DNA from: a bacterium
GTDB taxonomy: Bacteria > CLD3 > SB21
Assembly: GCA_013360215.1 (NCBI GenBank)
Contig: JABWCP010000001.1
Span: 277,144 to 341,143 of the forward strand
Direction of reading: 5' to 3'
Length of the DNA stretch: 64,000 nt
Shown: positions 50,600 to 60,647 of the stretch, piece by piece
Layout: the number at the start of each line of letters is the position of its first letter
Position numbering within the stretch: position 1 is the first letter of the stretch
Notes under the pieces: generated by a model
What the model was told of the DNA's origin: nothing
Databases searched by the model: none
The model's input: the letters and a program-made list of their open reading frames with translations, nothing else
Program-made: the position numbers and the translations under genes

Positions 50600-52067
50600 A
50601 TGCACGTCTGATCGTTTCCCGGTGAACCAAACCAAACTTCCAGCTTAACAAAAAAAATACAATCGCATAAATGACGAAGGAAATCACAAACCCTGATGCA
50701 TGCTGCGAAGCATCCAATACTCTATAGCGTATAAACCAAGTTGCCAGCCCTGACAGCGCCGCCAAGATCAGTACTTTCAGATAGTGATGGAAAGGAATGA
50801 CTTTGTAAAACGGCAACTTCATGTGATTTCCGATTCGCCGCAACGCCATGCACCAGGCGGCCATATTGGCCAGCCAGGCGGCCACAGCTGTCCCTGTAAT
50901 ACCCCACCAATACGTAAACGGAACGCACAATAAGGTGTTTGTGAGTACGAGAAATAACGACAGGAACAAAATTCCTCTTTTATCACCGAATGCCTGCAAC
51001 GCGCCGCCATAGGATGTGACACGGTGAAGCACGATCAAAGAAAACACTTGAAATGGAATAATAGACGCCATATAGGACGAGCCAAACATCAGGCAAATGA
51101 AATCTTGGGCTGAAGCGATAAAAAAAATCGTAATCGGGACGACGATCATCGTCACGTTGCGTATTGCACTATGCCACAATGCCGTTAAACGCTGCCGATC
51201 TTCATCCATAATATGACGTACAAATTGACCGATCAGTGCCGAACTCACCGCATAAGGTATCACCGCAACGATCGGAATTTCTTGCGCTCCAATATTGTAT
51301 TCCGCCAAAGCCACCGGTGTTAAAATCGCCGCCACGATAAATTTGTCCACATGTTTATTGAAACGGCTGATCAACGACGCCGAGCCGATGATAACGGAAA
51401 ATCGGATCTGCGCTATGACGGATCCTTTGGCCAAGGACTCACGATCGGGAGGCAAAATCAGGTCCATGAGATACCATGACATGACAAAACGAATGAAGGC
51501 ATATGCGGCAAGCCCATAAATAGCATAGGACAATGGAAATTTAAGAATCAGCGGGACTGCCAAAGCCAAAAGCGTCATGATGCTGGTAATAATCTGATAC
51601 CATGCTGCATAAGTTGTTCGAGCGAACGCAATAAGAATATTGGTTACCGGCCATGTCGGAACCTCCAGAATCATAACAAGAGACATCCAGGGCAAAAACT
51701 GTTTTAGATATTCAATCTGACTTTTTTCCCACTCTGCACTGAGAAACGACTCTATTATCAAGGGCAAAAAGCCTATTGCGAGCCCTACGACCAATGCCAT
51801 CAGCCCTACAATAGTGAAAGTCTGAAGGACTAAAGCGCGGCGTGCCTGAATTTCAGTTCGTTCAAAAAAATAAAAAATGCTGTCCGGAAAACCCATGGTC
51901 GCAATAAAGCGACCTACCTGAAAAATCATAAGTAAATAGCTCATCACGGCAAAATCAGATTTATCCAGCAACCGAACGATGATAATGGCTGTCAAAAGAT
52001 CAATACCCGTAGTCACAATGCCGGCAGCGGTTACGACAAATGCCTTTTTTCCTAATGCAGATGACAT
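50580..52067 (-). CDS. Wzx-like oligosaccharide flippase (MOP superfamily)
   Basis: About 14 TM helices; VRLL-K-DF, VDKFIV, Y-IG, GITGTAVA patterns. Confidence 0.8.
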   Translation of the reverse strand: MSSALGKKAFVVTAAGIVTTGIDLLTAIIIVRLLDKSDFAVMSYLLMIFQVGRFIATMGFPDSIFYFFERTEIQARRALVLQTFTIVGLMALVVGLAIGFLPLIIESFLSAEWEKSQIEYLKQFLPWMSLVMILEVPTWPVTNILIAFARTTYAAWYQIITSIMTLLALAVPLILKFPLSYAIYGLAAYAFIRFVMSWYLMDLILPPDRESLAKGSVIAQIRFSVIIGSASLISRFNKHVDKFIVAAILTPVALAEYNIGAQEIPIVAVIPYAVSSALIGQFVRHIMDEDRQRLTALWHSAIRNVTMIVVPITIFFIASAQDFICLMFGSSYMASIIPFQVFSLIVLHRVTSYGGALQAFGDKRGILFLSLFLVLTNTLLCVPFTYWWGITGTAVAAWLANMAAWCMALRRIGNHMKLPFYKVIPFHHYLKVLILAALSGLATWFIRYRVLDASQHASGFVISFVIYAIVFFLLSWKFGLVHRETIRRAFIALGK

Positions 52068-53335
52068 AATGTACTTAATTGTTCTGCCAGCTTACTGGCG
52101 CCGTTCTCAGAGGAATATTTGTTTATTTGTTCAATCCGCGGATTGAATCTTAGAAGCTGATGGATAGCCGCGCCTTGCAAAATTTGAAAGAGGCCATCAG
52201 CCGCGTCCTGCGGCGACAGCTGGATGCCGATGCCGGTATCATGCAAGATATGGCTGATTTCAGAATTCGTCGCTAGCGACAACACCGGACGACCTATCGG
52301 CATGTAGTCCCACAGTTTCGCTGGAATAATGTCATTGCGCATTTCCGAGGCGCTTACAAGGAGAATATCATAGGTTAGCAGTTCATCAAGCATGGCATTA
52401 CCATAGACGGGTTTGTGCACCTCAAAATGCGACAAAACGCCAGCGGATTCCGCCAATATACGGTCTTGATCCGTCAGGGGTGCAAAAGAAATTATTTTAA
52501 CCGACGGGTTTATTCCGTCGTTGATTTCTTTTAAGCGTTTGAGCATGGCTATTACGGGAATGGCCGGGGACAACCATCGAAATGCACCCAAAAAAACGAT
52601 ACGAATTTCATTCGCTGATGACTTATGCGGACGCTGGGTCATTTCTTCATAAACCATATTCTCAAAACCATTATAAATAGTGGACATGCGGGACGCGCTA
52701 GCCGGATAAAATAAGCGATATCGCTCCTCGGTAACACACGACGTAAAAATGATTTTATCAGCATCGTTAATCCATCGGCGTTCTATCCTGCGGTCATAGA
52801 CTTGCGTCAGCCTGCTTCTGCGCTGATTGCGCACCGGGCATAGCATCCAGGGATCGCGAAAATCCGCTACCCACTTTACCCGTAAGGCCTTTGCAACGGT
52901 GCGTCCCAACCAATGCGAAGACCATGGATCAGCTGTGCTCCATACAACATCAGGATTAAACTGACGTGCGTAGGCTATGACCGACCGACGATGCAACCAC
53001 AGCAAAGGTAGCCATGTATCAATCGGAAACCACCGAGCTATAAATGAAAATGTCTCTTCTATACGATAAGAAGCCCCATGATTTGTCCCTGATGTGGTGC
53101 GATCGAGAGGAGTTTTCAGGGAAAGTATCGGTATGCCCTCCAGCAAGGCTATCTCTTCCTCCCCCAATCGCGATGAAGAATCGATGGTTACGATTGCCGG
53201 CTGCCAACCCAATGACTTCAACCGCACGGCCATTCGATACGGACGCTGGGACCCCACCCTCTTTCTTGGTGGAAAATATGGCGCTATCATAAGTATGCGA
53301 TGTGCGTCTTTTTTCATGACGGTTTGCGATGCCAC
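52052..53335 (-). CDS. GT4-like glycosyltransferase
   Basis: ILMIAPYFPP, WSTADPWSSH, WVADFRDPW, IYNGF, PAKLWDY; start may be 53317. Confidence 0.8.
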   Translation of the reverse strand: MASQTVMKKDAHRILMIAPYFPPRKRVGSQRPYRMAVRLKSLGWQPAIVTIDSSSRLGEEEIALLEGIPILSLKTPLDRTTSGTNHGASYRIEETFSFIARWFPIDTWLPLLWLHRRSVIAYARQFNPDVVWSTADPWSSHWLGRTVAKALRVKWVADFRDPWMLCPVRNQRRSRLTQVYDRRIERRWINDADKIIFTSCVTEERYRLFYPASASRMSTIYNGFENMVYEEMTQRPHKSSANEIRIVFLGAFRWLSPAIPVIAMLKRLKEINDGINPSVKIISFAPLTDQDRILAESAGVLSHFEVHKPVYGNAMLDELLTYDILLVSASEMRNDIIPAKLWDYMPIGRPVLSLATNSEISHILHDTGIGIQLSPQDAADGLFQILQGAAIHQLLRFNPRIEQINKYSSENGASKLAEQLSTLCHLH

Positions 53336-54258
53336 AACTTCTCCGAAAATTCATAGAATGGTTTTTTCTGATGCATCCAACCAAAATGAAGCCAATACGG
53401 ACATACGCTCATAACATCTGATTTTCCCGGCCAGATGGTATGCAGATTTAGTAGTAAATGTTGAAGGGATTCGTTTTGCACGCCGCACAAGCGATGGACT
53501 TGCGGATCGGTATAATAACGGCATTGAACGTTTTGAAAATCAGCATCATGCTCGACCCAAGAAGCAATATAATCCATTTGTGGACTTTCATATCCATTCA
53601 TCCATGGAAGCAATGGAATCCCCAATCGTGCCATTGCGATGGCAAAGCTCCATTCGCACGACTCCAAAGCCCGACCTCTTTCATAAAGCCGGCTTTGAAA
53701 GTGTGTCTCGTGCTTTCTTGCAAGCATTGCCTGTGCTTCCCGGCATACGCGTTCGGTTTGTTCTGCACTCGCTGCGTAGATCATACCCGACTGAATACGC
53801 GGCAAATATCGTATTCCAAAGCGACCCATCGTTCGTCGTCTTCGATTTAGAAAAATATCGGCAAGTACGCCGAAATCTTTGGCCGCGCCAAAAAAATGAT
53901 CCGCGCGGAGATTCCCGGTAATCGTAAATTCATAGCCCGACAGTGTTTTCCATAGACGGTCCGGATTGCGGCAACAAATCATGTCACTGTCTAAAAACAA
54001 GTTGCGATCAAACGGCAAATACTGATGGATATGATGTTTGAACCCCACAATGGAACTGTGCTCGTCCGCAAGACGGTCCATAATCGTAATCTTCAGCTCC
54101 GACGCGTGTTTTGCGGCCTCAGCCAAATGCGACTCCGAAGCGATCAACGCAACCGGCCTTGTCACATCGTAACGCCGAATCGTATGAATCGCCGTGAGTG
54201 CATGCCACACGTATTTTTCATCCCCGTATGAATGAAATACGTATCCCTCTCTGTTCAC
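53314..54258 (-). CDS. GT-A-like (DxD) nucleotide-sugar transferase-like protein
   Basis: GYV-G-Y-A-I, PFDRNLFLDSD, QSGMIY, HF near the C terminus. Confidence 0.55.
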   Translation of the reverse strand: MNREGYVFHSYGDEKYVWHALTAIHTIRRYDVTRPVALIASESHLAEAAKHASELKITIMDRLADEHSSIVGFKHHIHQYLPFDRNLFLDSDMICCRNPDRLWKTLSGYEFTITGNLRADHFFGAAKDFGVLADIFLNRRRRTMGRFGIRYLPRIQSGMIYAASAEQTERVCREAQAMLARKHETHFQSRLYERGRALESCEWSFAIAMARLGIPLLPWMNGYESPQMDYIASWVEHDADFQNVQCRYYTDPQVHRLCGVQNESLQHLLLNLHTIWPGKSDVMSVCPYWLHFGWMHQKKPFYEFSEKLWHRKPS

Positions 54259-54413
54259 CTGCTGCTCCTCATATTTTGAATCTGTTTCCTTTCAATGCAA
54301 ATCATCTAAATAACAAAATAGTCCAATACAACGGCAAGCGCCGCAAGATTTTTCTTGCGCATGCAAGCACCGCATGGCATGAACATTTTTTTTCATCTAT
54401 CCGTTACCGGCGC

Positions 54414-54465
54414 ATAATACATCGTTCACAAAAAGCCTACTTTCTAATATCACCGTAACACGATT
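54414..54465 (+). promoter_or_regulatory. two Pho-box-like repeat pairs
   Basis: ATAATACATCG TTCACAAAAAG (54414-54435) and CTAATATCACC GTAACACGATT (54444-54465). Confidence 0.5.
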
Positions 54466-54541
54466 TTTGATTCATTTCGGCGTACTCTTTGCGTAGCAAA
54501 TACTATGACAATTCATTAATTCATTTAAAGAAAGAAATGCC

Positions 54542-55756
54542 GTGCTTTCACGTTCAATGGTGTATCCGGTTACTTTTGAACCGCCGCGTATCTCTCCGAA
54601 ACCACAATTAAGGCTGGCCCTTTTTACGGGAAGTTACCAGTACATACGAGATGGTGTCGCGCTGACGTTGAACCGTTGGGTAAACTATCTTCTTTCACAG
54701 AATATCTCTGTGATGATATTCAGCCCCACGGCCAAACACCCGGCTCTGCATACAACCGGCCAACTCATTTCGGCGCCATCAATCGCTTTACCCGGTAGAT
54801 CGGAATACCGCATGGGTATTGGATTTTCGTCGTCCATGAAACGCGAGCTGGCACAATTCGACCCCAATCTCATTCACATCGCGACACCGGATTTGTTGGG
54901 AATTCGAGCGCTTGAATACGCAAAAGCTCAAGATATCCCGATGGTTATGTCATATCACACACACTTTACCGCTTATTTGAAATACTACAGACTAAATATG
55001 TTCGAGGCATCGGCATGGAAATATTTGACATGGTTTTACGGACAAGCGCGTCGAGTTTACGTGCCTACACAGTCGATGGCCGAGACTTTGGTTGACCGGA
55101 GCCTTAGCGATAAAATCGAAATTTGGCCGAGAGGTGTAGATTCTGATTTATTTCGACCGGAGATCAGAGACAATGCCTGGCGCCGTCAAATAGGCATAAA
55201 GGATGATGAAATCGCTGTGCTTTTTGTATCACGACTAGTTGCGGAAAAAAATCTGAAATTGCTCGGGCAAATTTTAACGCTCGCCATGCAAATGAACCGA
55301 CGCATTAGGCCTGTCATCGTCGGAGAAGGACCTGCCAGAAAAGAGCTTCAGAATACGTTGCCATCGGCCATTTTTTTAGGCCAACAAAATGGCAATGATC
55401 TGGCTAAGGTCTATGCGTGCTGCGACGTTTTTTTATTTCCCTCGGAAACGGAAACCTTTGGTAATGTCACACTTGAGGCTTTGGCGGCGGGCCTTCCGGT
55501 GATCGCCGCCGATGCGACCGGCAGCCGATCGCTGATCACCAACGAACATAATGGATTTCTTGCCGAACCCCTTGATGTGACAGATTTCGCAGCCAAACTG
55601 AATTTAATTTCAGAAAACCGGCAACTACGAAAGCGAATGAGCGCTCAGGCCCGTCAAACAGCTTTGCTTCGCCCATGGTCCCAGATCCATCAAAGTCTTC
55701 TGCAAAGCTATTATGACGTCCTCGCAGAAGGATTTCGCGATGAGGCCGCAGCGTGA
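54542..55756 (+). CDS. GT4 glycosyltransferase (Agt/MgtA/SqdX-like glycolipid synthase type)
   Basis: LALFT-DGVA-TL, IHIATP, SYHTHF, W-RGVD, SRL-AEKN, FPSETETFGNVTLEA. Confidence 0.85.
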   Translation: MLSRSMVYPVTFEPPRISPKPQLRLALFTGSYQYIRDGVALTLNRWVNYLLSQNISVMIFSPTAKHPALHTTGQLISAPSIALPGRSEYRMGIGFSSSMKRELAQFDPNLIHIATPDLLGIRALEYAKAQDIPMVMSYHTHFTAYLKYYRLNMFEASAWKYLTWFYGQARRVYVPTQSMAETLVDRSLSDKIEIWPRGVDSDLFRPEIRDNAWRRQIGIKDDEIAVLFVSRLVAEKNLKLLGQILTLAMQMNRRIRPVIVGEGPARKELQNTLPSAIFLGQQNGNDLAKVYACCDVFLFPSETETFGNVTLEALAAGLPVIAADATGSRSLITNEHNGFLAEPLDVTDFAAKLNLISENRQLRKRMSAQARQTALLRPWSQIHQSLLQSYYDVLAEGFRDEAAA

Positions 55757-56886
55757 TTCGCCTGTTTTTTGTATCGCATTCCATTCCGCCGACGAATGAT
55801 CTGCTCGAAAATATTGGCGGAATGCAACGTGCCAGCCTCCAATTGTTGGAAGCTCTGCGCAACGAAGTCCATTTTAATGTGTTGCCTTTTTTACTTATGT
55901 CGTCCTGGAGGTTTATCCACATTCAAACAGCCTTCTTTTTGATTAAGCTCATCTTTAGGCTTCCGATCGCAATACGTCGTCAACGTCCGGAAATCGTGTT
56001 GTTTTCAAGTATGGTTACTGCAGCCGTCATGCTGTTTATCAAGAAAAAAGGATCGTCACCCAAATATGTCGCGATCGCCCACGGGCGCGACGTGACGCTC
56101 CCCAACCCGCTGTATCAGATTATTCTCAAGTGCGTATTCAAGAAACTGGATGGTGTTATTGCCGTCTCTTCGGCCACAAAGGCAAGTTGTATGGCGTGTG
56201 GACTCTCTTCAGATCAGGTTGTGGTTATCCCCAACGCCATACCTCCCGGTTATGATACGCTCCCGATACCGCCGAAGACCATAGCCGATTTTCTTTTTCA
56301 AAATCATCATATTCCGCGCGAAGCTCGCCCCGTCTTACTGACCGTTGGTAGACTCGTCCTGCGCAAAGGTCACGCATGGTTTATCGAGCACGTGCTTCAA
56401 AGATTAGATCACGACGTGATCTATCTTATCGTCGGCGATGGCCCCGAATACGACACCATCCGCCAAACAATCGCGCGGTCACCCAAACGTCACACCATCG
56501 CTTTACTTGGCAAAATGCCCGAAGACTGGCTGCTGGGATTGTATGAATACGCGGATATTTTCGTAATGCCCAATATTTCCGTACCCGGCGATATCGAGGG
56601 CTTTGGTATCGTCTTATTGGAAGCCAATCGCGCAGGACTACCCGCCGTGGTAACCGATATCGAAGGTATCACGGATGTAGTCACCGATGGATTAAACGGA
56701 TATCGCGTCAAACAAAATGACGCCGCCGGATTTGCTAATAAAATCGATAGTTTGCTGAAAAAAAATATGAAACAAGCCAAGCCGCAAATCCAGCAACATG
56801 TCCGTGGTCATTTTATATGGCCGTGCGTGATAGAAAAATATAACCGATACTTTGCGTCGCTAAGCCCCCGCGCAACCCAATCGTAA
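55753..56886 (+). CDS. GT4 glycosyltransferase (PimB-like)
   Basis: GGMQ, AHGRD, VS-AT, VGRLV-RKG, DIEGFGIVLLEA. Confidence 0.88.
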   Translation: MIRLFFVSHSIPPTNDLLENIGGMQRASLQLLEALRNEVHFNVLPFLLMSSWRFIHIQTAFFLIKLIFRLPIAIRRQRPEIVLFSSMVTAAVMLFIKKKGSSPKYVAIAHGRDVTLPNPLYQIILKCVFKKLDGVIAVSSATKASCMACGLSSDQVVVIPNAIPPGYDTLPIPPKTIADFLFQNHHIPREARPVLLTVGRLVLRKGHAWFIEHVLQRLDHDVIYLIVGDGPEYDTIRQTIARSPKRHTIALLGKMPEDWLLGLYEYADIFVMPNISVPGDIEGFGIVLLEANRAGLPAVVTDIEGITDVVTDGLNGYRVKQNDAAGFANKIDSLLKKNMKQAKPQIQQHVRGHFIWPCVIEKYNRYFASLSPRATQS

Positions 56887-56988
56887 TGTAGTACTGGCCA
56901 GTTTGATTGCACGGCAATACACTAAATTAGAATTACGGGTCTTGATAGTGAGAGACGGACTCTTAAAGTAAGCATGAAGCATGCAGAT

Positions 56989-57510
56989 CTAAACTAACCA
57001 CAGCGCCAGTTTGAAACTACTTAATCCTAGCACGGTACCGGCCAAAATATCCGTAGGATAGTGAACCCCTAAATATACCCTAGAAACCCCCACCATGCCG
57101 GCCCAACCAAAAACGAATGGCGCGGCTTCGGGGACCACATGCGCAATCAACGATGCCATTACAAAAGCGCCGGAGGTATGGCCGGATGGAAAGCTAAATT
57201 CATCCGGCGGAACAATTTTTTGAATGACAAGTACTCCCCCGGAACAAGGTCGCTTACGTTTCAGAGTTTGTTTGGATAGCTTGTAAATTGTGAGATTGAT
57301 GGCAAAGGCCAATGCACCGATTTTCCAAATCGCCCCGGCGATAGCGGAATGTGTCCAGGATAGATATGCCGTAGCGAAAATATACGCGTGGCCGTCGCCC
57401 AACCGCGACATAGCATAAAACCACGCATGCAACACACGATGCGAAAACGTACGTGACGCGTGTATGACTAACCAATTGTCCCATTGCTGCAAGGTTTCTA
57501 ATAATCGCAT
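56989..57510 (-). CDS. PAP2-family membrane lipid phosphatase
   Basis: K-X6-RP, SFPSGH, SRVYLGVHYPTD. Confidence 0.92.
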   Translation of the reverse strand: MRLLETLQQWDNWLVIHASRTFSHRVLHAWFYAMSRLGDGHAYIFATAYLSWTHSAIAGAIWKIGALAFAINLTIYKLSKQTLKRKRPCSGGVLVIQKIVPPDEFSFPSGHTSGAFVMASLIAHVVPEAAPFVFGWAGMVGVSRVYLGVHYPTDILAGTVLGLSSFKLALWLV

Positions 57511-57764
57511 ATGAAACTATAAAAAAGAATTACAACGCCATAATTATCGGCTTGTTTCGGTTCGATTATATCGCAAGGTTCTCCTGCAAAATTCAAGCGA
57601 TTGTACGTATTACTGTTCCTCTTTGCCGAATCCGATGCCTATGTTCATTCACAATTCCTGTTGTGATCCGAAAACTATTATTCGTCGGCCACATCGGTGA
57701 CAGTGATATCATTCCATAATGTCATTGCAGATATGGGCATAGACAACCTAATCGTTATAGATCA

Positions 57765-57817
57765 ATAATACAGACCTAACACACCGACATTACTCTTAAC
57801 GATAAACTAATAAACGA
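57765..57817 (+). promoter_or_regulatory. two Pho-box-like repeat pairs
   Basis: ATAATACAGAC CTAACACACCG (57765-57786) and TTAACGATAAA CTAATAAACGA (57796-57817). Confidence 0.5.
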
Positions 57818-57845
57818 TGAGAACCTAAATCGGAAGAAAACAATT

Positions 57846-60632
57846 ATGCGCCCCAAAGCATGCGTGCAACTTATAATGTTGACTATTCTGGTGTTCCTGA
57901 GCGTTCCAGCTTATTCCCAAACTCGTACGGGCATGGTCGGTTTTGTATCGGATGAGGACGGCGGCTTCTATTTACAGGGCGCGCTTATTACGATAGAAGG
58001 AACGGCTTTTCGTGCTGTTAGTGATCGTCAGGGAAAATTCACAATGTCATTGCCCGCCGGCAACTATGTCCTGTTGGCAAGGTATCTGGGCTACGAAGAA
58101 AAGAAAATAGAATTTACCGTCACGGATGGAAGTTTGAAAATACTTGAGGTGAAACTCAAAGGGACTGCCGTGCCGTTTTCAGAGCAGATCGTAGAAGGTA
58201 TACGCTTGGGACAAACCAAAGCGTTGAACACTCAAAAGAACAGCGACAACATAAAGAACGTCGTTTCCTCCGACTTAATTCAGCTATTCCCCGACCCAAA
58301 CGCGGCCGAAGCGCTCCAGCGATTGCCGGGCCTTTCCATACAACGTGATCAGGGTGAAGGGCGTTATGTTTTGATTCGGGGAACGGAAGCGCGTCTAAAC
58401 TCCATGATGATCAACGGTGAGAGGATCCCTTCACCCGAAGCAGAAGTGCGGAGTGTCGCACTGGATGCCATTCCGGCCGACGCGATCGCTTCGATCGAAG
58501 TCACCAAAGCGTTGACACCGGATATGGACGCAGACGCCATCGGCGGATCTGTCAATCTCATTACAAAGAGCGCATTTGACTATGACAAGCCGGTCATATT
58601 GGGTACCTTAGGAAGCGGATACAATAATCTCGTTACCGGCGGCGTATATCAGGGTGGTCTCACGTACGGTCGCCGCTTTGGTCCAGATAATAAATTCGGC
58701 CTTCTCCTCAGCGGAAGTTATTACCAAACAAATCGCGGTTCTGATAACAACGAATTCGACTACGACGATGCGGAAATCGGCGGCGGCGAAGAACAGGAAG
58801 TGCTCACCGAATACCAACTGCGCGACTATGTGATAGACCGAAAACGTATCGGAATCAGCGCCACATTAGATTATCGTCTTGACGACCTTTCCCATATGTA
58901 CTTCCGAGGCATTGTCAATGAATATAGCGATCAAGAGTATCGGCGACGCCTCATCTATGCCTTTGACGAAGGCGATTTTGACGCTGCGACAGAGACCTCC
59001 GCGTCTATTTCGGGCGCCGAAGCGGTTAGAGAACTGAAAGATCGTTTTGAAAAACAATCCATCCGTAGTTTTGCCGTGGGCGGCAATCAACATTTCAATC
59101 TTATGGACGTTGATTACCACCTGTCATACAGTTTTGCGGAAGAAAAAGAACCTCATAGCCGCTACAGTACATTTAAATTCGAAGACGGCGTTGATTTCAC
59201 GTACGATCTGAAAGATCATGATTTTCCAAAGATCAACATCACAAACAGTTCAGACATCTACGATCCAACCAAGTTTGAATTTGAAGAGTTTTCAACAGAA
59301 AAATATACGACCCAAGACAAAGACTACACCGGTTCTTTCAATATAAAAATCCCGTTTACGTTTAATGCTAAGTCCGGAATGTTCAAAAGCGGATTCAAAT
59401 ATCGCGGCAAATCCAAAGACCGTCATGTGGATATCCGCGTATATGACGGTTATTCGAGCGATTTGTATCTAGATGAAGTCCTTGGAAATTTTGAAGGAAA
59501 GGACTTCTTAAATGGAAAATACCGCGTAGGTCGCTTCCAGGACGCTAAAAAAATAAAGACGTTTTTCAACACGAATTCTGCCGGATTCGAAGAAGATTCG
59601 GACAAATCGCACGAAGAAACCGATGCGCAAAACTATGATGCGGAAGAACGCGTTTTGGCCGGATACGCGATGACAACTCTAAATGCAGGACCATGGTCTC
59701 TCTTAGCAGGATTGCGCGCTGAAAAGACCAATATTGACTACCGAGGAAACACCGTCGTATTTGACGAAGACGGTGACTATGAGTCCACCGTGGCTTCGAA
59801 TGGAAAATCTGATTATCTCAACATGTTGCCGTCACTGCATGTCAAATATCGCATCGATCAGAATACTAATCTGAGAGCCGCTTACACCAATTCGATTGCG
59901 CGTCCCGACTATTATGATCTTGTTCCGTTTCAGTCCGTTTCCCGTGAAGATGAAGAAATTGCTTCCGGTAATTCGAATCTGAAGCCTACGGTTTCCAAAA
60001 ATTTAGACCTCATGGTTGAGCGTTATTTTCAAAGTGTCGGCTTAATCTCCGGCGGATTCTTTTATAAAAAACTCAATGACTTTATTTATGCCAACGTGAG
60101 CGAGGTCTCCGGTGGTGCCTACGACGGTTACGAACAAACCGTTCCGGTAAACGGTAAAGCCGCAACATTGTGGGGCGTTGAAATGAACTGGCAACAGCAA
60201 ATGACGTTTCTTCCTTCGTATTGGAGCGGTTTGGGTGTATATTTGAATTACACTTATACGCAGTCCGAGGCAGAATTTCCTACGCGCGAAGCCGGTGAAG
60301 ACAAGGCGACATTGCCCGGACAATCTGAGCATGTAGCAAATTTTGCAATTTCGTATGAACGCGGCGGTTTCAATGGCAGAATTTCAGCTAATCTCCACGG
60401 AAAATATCTTGATGAAGTTGGCGAAACGAAGGCTGATGACATATTCTATGATCGTCATTTTCAGCTAGACGCATCCGCGAGCCAGCGATTGACGCACAAC
60501 TGGACAGCCTATCTTGAATTATTAAACTTGACCAATGCCCCGCTTCGTTATTATCGCGGATCAACGTCCCGTCCTGTACAACAGGAATTCTACTCATGGA
60601 CCGGTAAATTAGGCTTGAAATTCACATTTTAA
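57846..60632 (+). CDS. TonB-dependent outer-membrane receptor
   Basis: Signal peptide; N-terminal carboxypeptidase-regulatory-like domain; plug PDPNAAEALQRLPG, GEGRY-IRG, IGGSVNL; GNSNLKP; NLTN; terminal Phe. Confidence 0.95.
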   Translation: MRPKACVQLIMLTILVFLSVPAYSQTRTGMVGFVSDEDGGFYLQGALITIEGTAFRAVSDRQGKFTMSLPAGNYVLLARYLGYEEKKIEFTVTDGSLKILEVKLKGTAVPFSEQIVEGIRLGQTKALNTQKNSDNIKNVVSSDLIQLFPDPNAAEALQRLPGLSIQRDQGEGRYVLIRGTEARLNSMMINGERIPSPEAEVRSVALDAIPADAIASIEVTKALTPDMDADAIGGSVNLITKSAFDYDKPVILGTLGSGYNNLVTGGVYQGGLTYGRRFGPDNKFGLLLSGSYYQTNRGSDNNEFDYDDAEIGGGEEQEVLTEYQLRDYVIDRKRIGISATLDYRLDDLSHMYFRGIVNEYSDQEYRRRLIYAFDEGDFDAATETSASISGAEAVRELKDRFEKQSIRSFAVGGNQHFNLMDVDYHLSYSFAEEKEPHSRYSTFKFEDGVDFTYDLKDHDFPKINITNSSDIYDPTKFEFEEFSTEKYTTQDKDYTGSFNIKIPFTFNAKSGMFKSGFKYRGKSKDRHVDIRVYDGYSSDLYLDEVLGNFEGKDFLNGKYRVGRFQDAKKIKTFFNTNSAGFEEDSDKSHEETDAQNYDAEERVLAGYAMTTLNAGPWSLLAGLRAEKTNIDYRGNTVVFDEDGDYESTVASNGKSDYLNMLPSLHVKYRIDQNTNLRAAYTNSIARPDYYDLVPFQSVSREDEEIASGNSNLKPTVSKNLDLMVERYFQSVGLISGGFFYKKLNDFIYANVSEVSGGAYDGYEQTVPVNGKAATLWGVEMNWQQQMTFLPSYWSGLGVYLNYTYTQSEAEFPTREAGEDKATLPGQSEHVANFAISYERGGFNGRISANLHGKYLDEVGETKADDIFYDRHFQLDASASQRLTHNWTAYLELLNLTNAPLRYYRGSTSRPVQQEFYSWTGKLGLKFTF

Positions 60633-60647
60633 TCGAGATGTAGGGTT

